A stretch of 64,000 bases of DNA from a virus: positions 1 through 64,000 of IMG/VR virus record IMGVR_UViG_3300025536_000013; one strand, written 5' to 3'. Of this stretch, positions 50,004 through 57,856 are shown piece by piece. The translations under genes were made by a program, and so were the position numbers. The stretch's first letter is position 1. Every line of letters starts with the position of its first letter. The notes beneath the pieces were generated by a model. It was not told the DNA's origin. It worked only from the letters and a program-made list of their open reading frames with translations, and did no database searches.

Positions 50004-51065
50004 TCATCTTGACCCCTTCTTTCGATAGAATCGAGTCACAACAACAGAGTTATACTTGTTGATATGTTCTCCGCCAACCCTCTTGAACCCACGGGGGACT
50101 CGATCTTCCCATCCGCCGTGGAACTCGACGCCGAGTGACCGAACGCCAGACCAATCGCCGTCCCAAAAACCTGGCAAGCTCTCTGAACCCTCGACGTCGA
50201 CCTTGACCACGGTCGGCTTGAAGCACGCAAGCAGCCCCGCAAGGTCCACCTTCTGAACGCGGACCCGTGACCCCGGGCGCTCTTGCGCCGAGCGCTTGTA
50301 GGTGAGCCGAGGGTCGGAGTCGACGTAGATGGCGTCGGAGCCGACGGCGGCTTGTATCAGTGTGCCATTGGGGTTGTTCATCCGATACAGTCGTGCATTC
50401 TCGGCATCGGGTTCGACGCCTATGCTGCGAGCCGGACACCACTGGGCAAAGTATCCGGCGTGGGCGCCGAGGTCAAGGACCACGTCGTCCGAGCGGATGT
50501 CGAGATGACACCACTCCGGCTGCTCGGCCCTGATGTTCAAGTCCACGGTGCCCGGTCGATACCAGCTACCTTGGCTCCAAGCGTACTTGAGCCGACTCAA
50601 GACCGCGGCCTCAGCCTCGTCAACTGATGCGACTTGCACGTGGTCAAAGTCGCGTATCACCTGTCGATAGCGCTCGGCAACTCTCAGCAGGGCCTCGTCG
50701 TCGAATTCCTCCGCACCTCGGGCTCGGCGACGTCGAAGCAGTTCTTCGTCTCCGGGGTCGAGGAAGAGGACTAGCAGGTCTTTGTCCCAGAACCCGCGTT
50801 GCTCGCAGCTCGGCTCGCGGTCGAACACCGAGTCGTACACAGCTGATGTCACTGGCCCGAATCGATCGCAGACATAGAGCTTGTCGGGATCATAGAGACA
50901 CTTCCATAGCTCGAAGCACATGTTCCCAGCCACTGCCTGCTGGTGGAAGTCTGCACCACGCGGGCTACGGTACTTCACGTGCGCAGCCCACGGCAGACGC
51001 TCGCAGAGCTCTCTCCACAGAGTCGTCTTTCCGGAGCAATCACATCCTTCGCACGCTACGATCAT
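50004..51065 (-). CDS. thymidylate-kinase-like (d)NMP kinase fused to an FkbM-family methyltransferase
   Basis: The N-terminus MIVACEGCDCSGKTT fits the ExxDxxGK(S/T)T P-loop of dTMP kinases. The C-terminus VVLDLGAHAGYF...VEPDAENARLY...VKVDVEGSE fits the FkbM pattern. ATGA couples it to the upstream gene. Confidence 0.7.
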   Translation of the reverse strand: MIVACEGCDCSGKTTLWRELCERLPWAAHVKYRSPRGADFHQQAVAGNMCFELWKCLYDPDKLYVCDRFGPVTSAVYDSVFDREPSCEQRGFWDKDLLVLFLDPGDEELLRRRRARGAEEFDDEALLRVAERYRQVIRDFDHVQVASVDEAEAAVLSRLKYAWSQGSWYRPGTVDLNIRAEQPEWCHLDIRSDDVVLDLGAHAGYFAQWCPARSIGVEPDAENARLYRMNNPNGTLIQAAVGSDAIYVDSDPRLTYKRSAQERPGSRVRVQKVDLAGLLACFKPTVVKVDVEGSESLPGFWDGDWSGVRSLGVEFHGGWEDRVPRGFKRVGGEHINKYNSVVVTRFYRKKGSR

Positions 51066-51997
51066 AGCAGCTCCTTCAGCGCAGCAAGGCCTTTGGAGTA
51101 AGACTCAGCACGCACGGTCTCTAGGGTCCGAGCCAAGGGCTCAAGCGCCTGGACCAACCGACCGCGCCGATAGAACCCGGCGCCGAGGTCCTTGTAGCAA
51201 GGTTCGTCGCAACAAATGGCCGCAGCTCCGCTGGCAATGGCCTCTCGCACTCCTGCACCGCCGGCCATGTCGTCCTTCATCGAACAGACGACGTAGCGCA
51301 CGTCGCGCAGAAGGGCGAAGTAGGACTCGCGCGTCGGGCAGCTGAGTATTTCCACATGTGGACTGGGCTCATGCTTCTGGAGATACCCTGACGGATCAGT
51401 CAACACGAATCGTGCCCTGCCTCTGAGGGCCTCCGCGGCAGCAACGAACTCCCGATGGCCAGAGTAGTCGCTAGCCGAACAGCGGTGAGAGAATAGAAAG
51501 TCGACCGGGCGCCACAGCACCTCCTCGTCGTTCCAGTTGAACGAACACACGTGCGGCTGCACGCCAAACAGTCTCTGCACGACGTCACCAACGGTCTTGT
51601 TCATGACCGCCACGGCATCAGCAGCCTCGAGGCTATCTCGCTGCCGATCGAGCATCCAGGTGTTGATGCCGAGAGGAAGGAGATGGTTGACTTGCACGAC
51701 GCGTCGAACACTCCGCTTCAGGACTGCGGAGTCGAGCTCGCGGTGGCTGATCAGTGCGTCAATGCCAGCGAGATCGAGTCGCGGGAGCTCCAGTCGCTGT
51801 GTGCGGTTGTCCGGCGGAATGTCGATGCGCCTCAACTCGACGCCGGGAGGATCGTAGCTAGCCCCGTTCGGCCAGAAAAGGACTGCCCCGAGCTTGCGCG
51901 CCTGGTACGAGGCCATGCGGCTCACACAACAGACGTCGGTGAGCTGTACGCCGGTGTTCTTGTCTTGGACGGAGAAGAAGGGGAGGACGGCGATCAT
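51062..51997 (-). CDS. GT-B-fold (GT1/GT4-like) glycosyltransferase candidate
   Basis: AGGAG lies upstream. The C-terminal ...VVCSMKDDMAGGAGVREAIASGAAAICCDEP resembles the E..G....EA.A.G.P motif of GT-B enzymes. Support is weaker than for the other calls. Confidence 0.45.
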   Translation of the reverse strand: MIAVLPFFSVQDKNTGVQLTDVCCVSRMASYQARKLGAVLFWPNGASYDPPGVELRRIDIPPDNRTQRLELPRLDLAGIDALISHRELDSAVLKRSVRRVVQVNHLLPLGINTWMLDRQRDSLEAADAVAVMNKTVGDVVQRLFGVQPHVCSFNWNDEEVLWRPVDFLFSHRCSASDYSGHREFVAAAEALRGRARFVLTDPSGYLQKHEPSPHVEILSCPTRESYFALLRDVRYVVCSMKDDMAGGAGVREAIASGAAAICCDEPCYKDLGAGFYRRGRLVQALEPLARTLETVRAESYSKGLAALKELL

Positions 51998-52092
51998 TCG
52001 TTGTTTCTCCTGGGTTTTTATAAAATCTTGATTCTCGAATCTGATGATCCTCTCATCTCATCACGGCCGGAGTGATTATAAAAATCCTCAGA

Positions 52093-52533
52093 TTACTTTG
52101 TATGAATTGGGGATAGACCGAAGAGGGGAGATCGATCCCCAGAGAGGTTTTTACAAAGTTCAAAGCGTCCGAGACTGAAGAGCAAGAGACCTCGGCCCTT
52201 TTTGAGGAACCCGAGTAGACTGAGCATGTCCGCGGCTCCATACTCTCGGCCACTTTTTGCCAGACCAAGGTCCACCAGCCTATGGTGTCTCAGCTGAGTG
52301 ATAGACCCGAACTCAGCTGCGTGACACTTACGCAAAACGCCTGTAGCAAATCCAGAGTCATATCGGAACAATGCCTTTGGTCGTCCGGACTCTCGACACG
52401 AGACCAAGACATCATGTCTCACCGCAAATCCAAGTCCCTCTAGGGCGTCTACAGCTCCGTATTGATATGGAGCCGAAGTCTTTCTGAGCTCGAACCGAGA
52501 CGCGAGTTCTTTTACTGTCAGCAGTTCAACCAC
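52093..52533 (-). CDS. hypothetical protein (lower GC)
   Basis: AGGAGG lies 7 nt upstream of GTG 52533, which overlaps the HNH stop. The ORF is 146 aa. Confidence 0.45.
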   Translation of the reverse strand: MVELLTVKELASRFELRKTSAPYQYGAVDALEGLGFAVRHDVLVSCRESGRPKALFRYDSGFATGVLRKCHAAEFGSITQLRHHRLVDLGLAKSGREYGAADMLSLLGFLKKGRGLLLFSLGRFELCKNLSGDRSPLFGLSPIHTK

Positions 52534-52969
52534 CTAACAGCCTCCTCAGCTTCCTCAACCTGACCTCGTCCACCCCTGCAGCCTCGCTCACCCTGAGCAG
52601 CTGTCGAAGCCACCGTTTGCTCTTGTTCTTAAGCCCGAGCCTCTCTGCGTCTGCTAGCCGAGCTGCGCCTTTCATAGCCCTACCCTTGAGCACCTTGTCC
52701 CGGTGGTTGTCTGCCCGCGAGCCGAGAAACACGTGCTCAGGCTTCACGCACTCCGGATTGTCGCACCGATGACAGAGACACAGCACAAAATCCACCGCTG
52801 GATACGCCGATAACATCAGCCCGCGGAGCTCGGCCCTGAGTTCTGGCATCTCCAGACACTCGTCCTCTGCTCCCAGTCCCAACGCTTCGCCGAAACACGA
52901 CACCGTGGGCGTCGACTCCTGGGGCACGAGCACACGATGGGCAACAGCGGCCATCACTCTATCCTTCAA
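52526..52969 (-). CDS. HNH homing-endonuclease-like protein
   Basis: CLCHRCDNPECVKPEHVFLGSRADNHRD matches the HNH_3 signature. It abuts the 3' end of the polymerase gene. Confidence 0.8.
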   Translation of the reverse strand: MKDRVMAAVAHRVLVPQESTPTVSCFGEALGLGAEDECLEMPELRAELRGLMLSAYPAVDFVLCLCHRCDNPECVKPEHVFLGSRADNHRDKVLKGRAMKGAARLADAERLGLKNKSKRWLRQLLRVSEAAGVDEVRLRKLRRLLGG

Positions 52970-55900
52970 GGACCTTCCCCCTCAGCGCCCGGGCGCACTC
53001 GAATTGCTTCACAGGCTTCGTCCAATACGGAGCCCTAACCCCCTCGACCAGCAACGGAAAATCCGGTGCCCAATCGGGTGGCTCGGACATTATCGACAGC
53101 ATCTTATGCAACTGGTCCGACTCGACAACGATTTCGTCGTGGACATGCATGCACGGGTTGAGGCCTTCAGCCTCGAATCGCACAAGAGCATGGGCCATGA
53201 GGTCTCGGCAGATTGCCTGCACCGCGTTCTCGCAGTTATGCACGATGACTGGACCGTATTCAGTCATCACCGTGTATCGGTGTCGCGGTCCACAGTTGAG
53301 AAGATCATATACAGGAGAGATTCCCATATAAGACCACAAGCTGTTCTGGAGTGGCGCCTTTTTTGAGGTAAGAGACGAGTGTATTTGGGCTCGCTTTCCA
53401 TGGACCGCCTTTCCGAAGGAACATCGCCAGTGGTATCGGTTTCCCCCCAAAGACAACGTATTTTGTACGACGTGTGTTGTTTGTGCTTTCGTTCGGAGTG
53501 ACCATACGGACATTTCCCGGTTCATAGTGTCCGTCGTTGTCTGTCCTATCGAGCCATAAGGACAAATCGTCGAATCCTGGTATTGTTGTGATGTACATAG
53601 CAAACGCTTCAAAACTCTCTGTCCATTCCTGATAAACTTTGATGCCCCTTGCACCGTAACGATCCCAAGCTTGATCAGTCTCATTATTGCAGCGTCGTAT
53701 GATGTCTGCCCATGCACGATGCCACCGCACATAGAGCTTATGAGTCGCGAAGCCTGTTTGTTCGAGTAAATTGACAATGCGTTTTTGTTCTCTGTATCGC
53801 TTTGCACAGCCAGTTGTACAGTATCTTCGTCCTTTTCCTTTTCGCAAACCGCCAAGATTGACAGCAACAGCTTCTCCACAGATGCACGTGCACCCGACAA
53901 CGTAATTATTGTATCCGAGTCTAATCGGCTCTGTCTGCACGACCAAGGCATGGAACTTGCTGCCGATCTTAGGCACCGCAACGTAGCATCTGCGTCCAAG
54001 CGAATCACTGACTTCCATCTCATACCATCGTGAATCAAGTGGTCTTCTGTGACTGCTACGCCCAGCCATGTGCCTATCTCCCTTTCTCCGTTGTACACAT
54101 ATCCATCTGTCTTGACCCAAGACCCACCATCCCACACCCTATCTTGCGCAGTGACGCTAACTATCGATTTGATGCCGTGGTCAGTCAGTATCTTTGTCTC
54201 CGGACCAAAACAGAGACTCCCGCCATAAGTTCCGCGTCGTTGTCCGTGCGGATGGAGAAACGTCACTGTGGGCACAGTCATCACGCGGCCCATTGCCACA
54301 GCCCACTTCGGCGTCAGGTCCTCGATTCGCACGTCGCGGTAGTAGAGGCGCCGCCCGCTCGGCAAGCGTATGACCATATTGTCGGCTTCGCGGTAAAAAT
54401 CGCACCGACCGACGTGGGTCGACATGCCGTGCCGGACGCACGCCATCGCCGCGTCACCAAACTGCTTCCATAGTCGAGGTATATTGGGGAATGTATCTCG
54501 ATACTTCTTGACAAGTGCTCTAGACTCTTCCTCGCCCATAGTGAAATCTCGGCGGAGCTTATCGCCGGAGTGGCTGGACATGAAGCGGTCGAAAGCTCTC
54601 TTGAAGCCAGCCCAACTGAGGCCGTAGCCGCAGCCCAACACAATCTGCTTCGACACGACTCGCTCCCACGAGTCCTTGTTCGGCTTGAAGCCATAGAGGT
54701 CCGTCGCGAACTCGATGTACACGTCCTTGTCTTGATCAGCGAAGGTGTTGAGCAGCCGATCCTCGCGCGCGAGCCACGCGACTCCGCGAGCCTCGACTGC
54801 AGAGTAGTCGGCGATGCAAAGATCACCGCGGACACATCCACGAGTCAGGCAGTTGATCACCGCGCCCACGGTGCAGCTCTGAGCAGAGTTAGTCTCTCGC
54901 ATCTTGGCAGTCGTCTTGTCTGCCGCCTCTCGAAGTTTGTCGTAGTCGAGAACGCTGGACAGCAGTCCAGGCACGTCGACGTGAACTAACGGAATGGGAA
55001 AGTTCTGCGGCTGCAGTTGTCGGCCGGCCCATCGGCCAGTGTGGGCTCGGTGGTACACGTGCTGATCGCGCACTCGACCGTCTTCCTCCAAGGCAAGCAT
55101 CATGGCGAGCTTATTGCCGCCGGTCCGCACTAGCTCGTTGCGGAGCACCAAGATGTCCTGGAGTCCCGCAAAGGCATCGGGGCACTCATCAGGCTCGCCG
55201 AAGTAGAACTCCTCGGGCTTCTGGAATAGCTCGAACATAGCCGGCCGACTGATAGACGTGAGCTTAAATCCACGGGCCTCGAGCCAGCCAGTCATCTGCT
55301 TGTGCGAGCGCGGGTTGACGCTGCTGGTGAGCTCGTCGAACTCCGCGCCGGCGACGGACATGTTGTAGTCGTACAGATTGCGCAAGTGCTGCACGAGCGG
55401 CTTGCAGATGGGGATGCCACGGTCGTTGATCTTGACGTCCACGTCGAGCACGTCTGGCTCGTCGACATCCTTGACTTGGCTGTAGACTTTCTCCAACAAG
55501 CGCACATCTCGACGGCAGTACTCGACGAACTGATTCCACACCTGGTCGTTGCCCACGAAGTACTGCGGCACACCGTTGCGGATCTTGACCTTGCTAATCA
55601 TGTCGATGAGCATCGAGCCAGTTTTGTCCTTGCCGCGACCCTCCAAGAGCTTGCCGAGCTCGTCGAGCCGACCAGGGAGACCTTTGGCACGAGATGCTCG
55701 GACTGTGTCGAAAAACGTGGCCGGTTCGCCTACGAACTTCTCCCATGCGAGCGAGTCGAAGTCTGCATTGTGCGCACAGAGCGTTCGCTCTTTTGCTGCA
55801 CTGATGTAGGCCTGTGGTACAGGCTCTCCTTGTCGCCACACGTGGTCGACTCCGTCGACGCTCAGCACACAGCAGGCAAGCCGAGTCGACTCGTCCGCAA

Positions 55901-55994
55901 AGTACCGTCTAGCCCCGTGTTCAAGGTTGTTGGTACTCATCGTCTCGAAGTCGACGAATGCAACTTTGTCGCCTGGTTTCCAGTTAGTCTTCAT
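52959..55994 (-). CDS. family A DNA polymerase with 3'-5' exonuclease domain, interrupted by an intein
   Basis: AAGGAG lies upstream. The exonuclease motifs are FVDFET and AHNADFD. The polymerase motifs are DLCIADYSAVEAR, SKQIVLGCGYGLS and VHDEIVVE. The extein junction is TYGGSL|intein|CENAVQAICRDL. Confidence 0.9.
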   Translation of the reverse strand: MKTNWKPGDKVAFVDFETMSTNNLEHGARRYFADESTRLACCVLSVDGVDHVWRQGEPVPQAYISAAKERTLCAHNADFDSLAWEKFVGEPATFFDTVRASRAKGLPGRLDELGKLLEGRGKDKTGSMLIDMISKVKIRNGVPQYFVGNDQVWNQFVEYCRRDVRLLEKVYSQVKDVDEPDVLDVDVKINDRGIPICKPLVQHLRNLYDYNMSVAGAEFDELTSSVNPRSHKQMTGWLEARGFKLTSISRPAMFELFQKPEEFYFGEPDECPDAFAGLQDILVLRNELVRTGGNKLAMMLALEEDGRVRDQHVYHRAHTGRWAGRQLQPQNFPIPLVHVDVPGLLSSVLDYDKLREAADKTTAKMRETNSAQSCTVGAVINCLTRGCVRGDLCIADYSAVEARGVAWLAREDRLLNTFADQDKDVYIEFATDLYGFKPNKDSWERVVSKQIVLGCGYGLSWAGFKRAFDRFMSSHSGDKLRRDFTMGEEESRALVKKYRDTFPNIPRLWKQFGDAAMACVRHGMSTHVGRCDFYREADNMVIRLPSGRRLYYRDVRIEDLTPKWAVAMGRVMTVPTVTFLHPHGQRRGTYGGSLCFGPETKILTDHGIKSIVSVTAQDRVWDGGSWVKTDGYVYNGEREIGTWLGVAVTEDHLIHDGMRWKSVIRLDADATLRCLRSAASSMPWSCRQSRLDSDTIITLSGARASVEKLLLSILAVCEKEKDEDTVQLAVQSDTENKNALSIYSNKQASRLISSMCGGIVHGQTSYDAAIMRLIKLGIVTVQGASKFIRNGQRVLKRLLCTSQQYQDSTICPYGSIGQTTTDTMNREMSVWSLRTKAQTTHVVQNTLSLGGNRYHWRCSFGKAVHGKRAQIHSSLTSKKAPLQNSLWSYMGISPVYDLLNCGPRHRYTVMTEYGPVIVHNCENAVQAICRDLMAHALVRFEAEGLNPCMHVHDEIVVESDQLHKMLSIMSEPPDWAPDFPLLVEGVRAPYWTKPVKQFECARALRGKVLEG
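53235..54212 (-). mobile_element. intein (326 aa) in the DNA polymerase
   Basis: The N-terminus is CFGPETKILTDHG (block A). GVAVTEDHLI is the TxxH block B. The C-terminus is VYDLL...GPVIVHN followed by Cys+1. It is in frame with the exteins. Confidence 0.8.
53305..54069 (-). CDS. homing-endonuclease-like ORF nested inside the intein in a different reading frame
   Basis: AGGGAG lies 8 nt upstream of ATG 54069. WHRAWADIIRRCNNETDQAWDRYGARGIKVYQEWTESFEAFAMYI...LDRTDNDGHYEPGNVRMVTPNESTNNTR matches a widespread phage family usually annotated as HNH/homing endonuclease. Confidence 0.6.
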   Translation of the reverse strand: MAGRSSHRRPLDSRWYEMEVSDSLGRRCYVAVPKIGSKFHALVVQTEPIRLGYNNYVVGCTCICGEAVAVNLGGLRKGKGRRYCTTGCAKRYREQKRIVNLLEQTGFATHKLYVRWHRAWADIIRRCNNETDQAWDRYGARGIKVYQEWTESFEAFAMYITTIPGFDDLSLWLDRTDNDGHYEPGNVRMVTPNESTNNTRRTKYVVFGGKPIPLAMFLRKGGPWKASPNTLVSYLKKGATPEQLVVLYGNLSCI

Positions 55995-56010
55995 GCCTCA
56001 GTCTCCTTCA

Positions 56011-56058
56011 GTCCGGCTGCGGGGTTCGAACCCGCAATGCTGCCGACCAGCGCCGGGA
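56011..56058 (-). ncRNA. tRNA 3'-half-like minihelix in the polymerase leader
   Basis: The - strand reads TCCCGGC-(GCTG-GTCGG-CAGC)-ATT-GCGGG-TTCGAAC-CCCGC-AGCCGGA-C. That gives a canonical T-arm plus an acceptor-like stem but no D or anticodon arm. It ends 20 nt before the polymerase ATG. Confidence 0.35.
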
Positions 56059-56065
56059 CCCAGAC

Positions 56066-56257
56066 TCACGCGGCCTCAACTTCCTCCGCCTCAGCCTCTG
56101 CATAAGCAGCCAAGGCTTCGACGTCGGACTTCAGGGCAAGGACCTTGTCCCAGGCATCGTGGGACTTAGCCTCCTCTGGAGCCTCGTCGATGACTGCCTG
56201 CAAGAGTCCGTTCGCCTCGTCGCACACGGACCGCAGACGATCAAGCCATTCACTCAT
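56066..56257 (-). CDS. small acidic protein
   Basis: GGGAGG lies upstream of ATG 56257. The ORF is 63 aa. Confidence 0.5.
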   Translation of the reverse strand: MSEWLDRLRSVCDEANGLLQAVIDEAPEEAKSHDAWDKVLALKSDVEALAAYAEAEAEEVEAA

Positions 56258-56448
56258 GACGCTACCTCCCTGCAGGAATCCGCCTGCTGCGGTGCGGCAA
56301 GAGCCGCATAGAAGTCGTGAAGGACGGTGAACGCGGCTTTGGGGACTGGGCGCCCAGCCTCGAAGGAATAGACATACTGTCGATTGACGCCAAGGCTCTT
56401 AGCAACGATCTCGGGGGTCATGCAAGCGCGTCGTCGAGACGAGATCAC
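56254..56448 (-). CDS. XRE-type HTH protein
   Basis: ISSRRRACMTPEIVAKSLGVNRQYVYSFEAGRPVP fits HTH_3. The frame stays open and HTH-like further upstream, but there is no ATG/GTG/TTG there, so the start is uncertain. Confidence 0.5.
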   Translation of the reverse strand: MISSRRRACMTPEIVAKSLGVNRQYVYSFEAGRPVPKAAFTVLHDFYAALAAPQQADSCREVAS

Positions 56449-56590
56449 ACGACCGAGTTCTCGCGGCTCCAGGCACGTGAGTCGTGTCCGGAGTTCAGAC
56501 TTCGCGATGGCGACGAGTTCTTCCAGCTGTTCCGTTGTGAGATCCCTGATGCTGTGCTACATAGACGCTGACCAGTACATCACCACTACC

Positions 56591-56848
56591 CTAAAGGGTA
56601 GGGGAAGGGGGAAACAGAGCGCCAGCCATAGATTCAAACATGCGACCAGTGCATTCGATCATGGCCACTTCGCCGTTGGGCAGCTGGGCCATGAGCGCCA
56701 CGCTCGTTCTGCCGCCTTCGGTGCCGCACTGTAGCACCGCGAAATGGCTCAGTATTGCCTCTACAATCTTCTTGTCAGCCAAGTCGGGGAACAGTGGCCC
56801 ATAAGCCTGTGCGTTCACGTCCTGAATCTTCACTATCACCGGATTCAT
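56591..56848 (-). CDS. hypothetical protein
   Basis: AGGAGG lies upstream of ATG 56848. The ORF is 85 aa. Confidence 0.5.
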   Translation of the reverse strand: MNPVIVKIQDVNAQAYGPLFPDLADKKIVEAILSHFAVLQCGTEGGRTSVALMAQLPNGEVAMIECTGRMFESMAGALFPPSPTL

Positions 56849-56858
56849 GGCGGTCCTC

Positions 56859-57131
56859 CTAGAATGGAAGCGGTTCCCCTGGCGGCTGACCTAGCTTCTT
56901 GTTGCATTTGCCACAGGCTAACACGCATATGCCTTGCGCCCAATCGCCGGCATAGAGGCGGATACGTCGATGACGGCTAGTCTTTGTTGGATTCCAGTTT
57001 ACCCTTTTGGTGTGGTGGAATTCAAGTAGCCAATGGCGTGTCTCGCGGCAATAGCGGCAGCGCCCGCCCATGAGAGCGATGAGCAGGGTGCGCTGTGTGG
57101 CATAACGACGGTTGTCAGCACGCCGGCCCAT
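56859..57131 (-). CDS. HNH endonuclease domain protein
   Basis: The start is ATG 57131. GGRCRYCRETRHWLLEFHHTKRVNWNP...CGKCN is an HNH-type CxxC..HH..CxxC pattern. Confidence 0.6.
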   Translation of the reverse strand: MGRRADNRRYATQRTLLIALMGGRCRYCRETRHWLLEFHHTKRVNWNPTKTSRHRRIRLYAGDWAQGICVLACGKCNKKLGQPPGEPLPF

Positions 57132-57265
57132 AGGTAGACAGTATCCTCTCGGCTGGGACTCATGGTCCGCTCTTGTCCGATACGATAGGCCGCCCATATC
57201 GCATCGCGTAGGCGTTTGGGCAGCTTCATCCAATGCGAGTAGCAGCCCCATAGAGCTGGCGGCAC
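56999..57265 (-). CDS. ORF whose N-terminal ~45 aa look genuine; possible frameshifted N-terminus of the HNH gene
   Basis: GTG 57265 gives MPPALWGCYSHWMKLPKRLRDAIWAAYRIGQE, the HW..LP..LR..IW..Y pattern seen in phage proteins. After about 57135 the frame becomes A/S-rich junk while the -1 frame carries the HNH domain. Confidence 0.35.
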   Translation of the reverse strand: MPPALWGCYSHWMKLPKRLRDAIWAAYRIGQERTMSPSREDTVYLWAGVLTTVVMPHSAPCSSLSWAGAAAIAARHAIGYLNSTTPKG

Positions 57266-57468
57266 TAGCTTTGTATGTCCTCAAGGAATTCGTCGCCGCG
57301 TATCATGCCTTTGCAAGTGCATTGCATAGCCGTGGACTGAACGTGGAAGGACAGCGGCACCGTACCTGATATTATCCACCGTCTGTCTCCCTAAAGCCAT
57401 TGCGGCTCTGTCTCTGAGAATAGCTGCTGTTTCTTCTTTCCACACTTAAAACCCCCCTGGCGTCGTTG

Positions 57469-57732
57469 CTAGGTGTTGAGCGCTTCGTCGATCCTTCTGG
57501 CGAACTCTATCGCCTGTTCTACTGACTTCGGCGTGCCTAGAAGCTTGTACTTCTCGCACATCTGCCCTCTACGGGCAACGTTCGGCTCCAGACAGATCGC
57601 TCCGAACAAGGAGCACGTGTGACCCTCTGGCAAGTGCCCGAGGCCGACGAACATCTGCTTGTCAATCACCACTTGACTGACCCCGTCGAATATGCCGCCT
57701 AGGTCCGTTATCGGCACGCTCGACAGCAGCAT
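57469..57732 (-). CDS. hypothetical protein
   Basis: AAGGGGG lies upstream of ATG 57732. The ORF is 87 aa. Confidence 0.5.
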   Translation of the reverse strand: MLLSSVPITDLGGIFDGVSQVVIDKQMFVGLGHLPEGHTCSLFGAICLEPNVARRGQMCEKYKLLGTPKSVEQAIEFARRIDEALNT

Positions 57733-57856
57733 CTATCACCCCCTTCAGTTTGAGGACAATGGGCGCCAAGAAGTCTCCGCTGCGAGAGTAGGAGACCCTG
57801 GCTTTTGTGCCACGCACGCTGCGGGCTACTGTGGCTCCTGAGCTGATAATCTGCAT
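57662..57856 (-). CDS. hypothetical small ORF (3' end overlaps the next gene)
   Basis: GAGAGGG lies upstream of ATG 57856. Only the first ~40 codons are non-overlapping. Confidence 0.3.
   Translation of the reverse strand: MQIISSGATVARSVRGTKARVSYSRSGDFLAPIVLKLKGVIDAAVERADNGPRRHIRRGQSSGD

Noticed and set aside
55302-56105. 267-aa + strand ORF antisense to the 5' part of the polymerase gene
   Set aside because: The - strand clearly encodes the exonuclease domain (FVDFET, AHNADFD). The + frame has no SD and an implausible composition.
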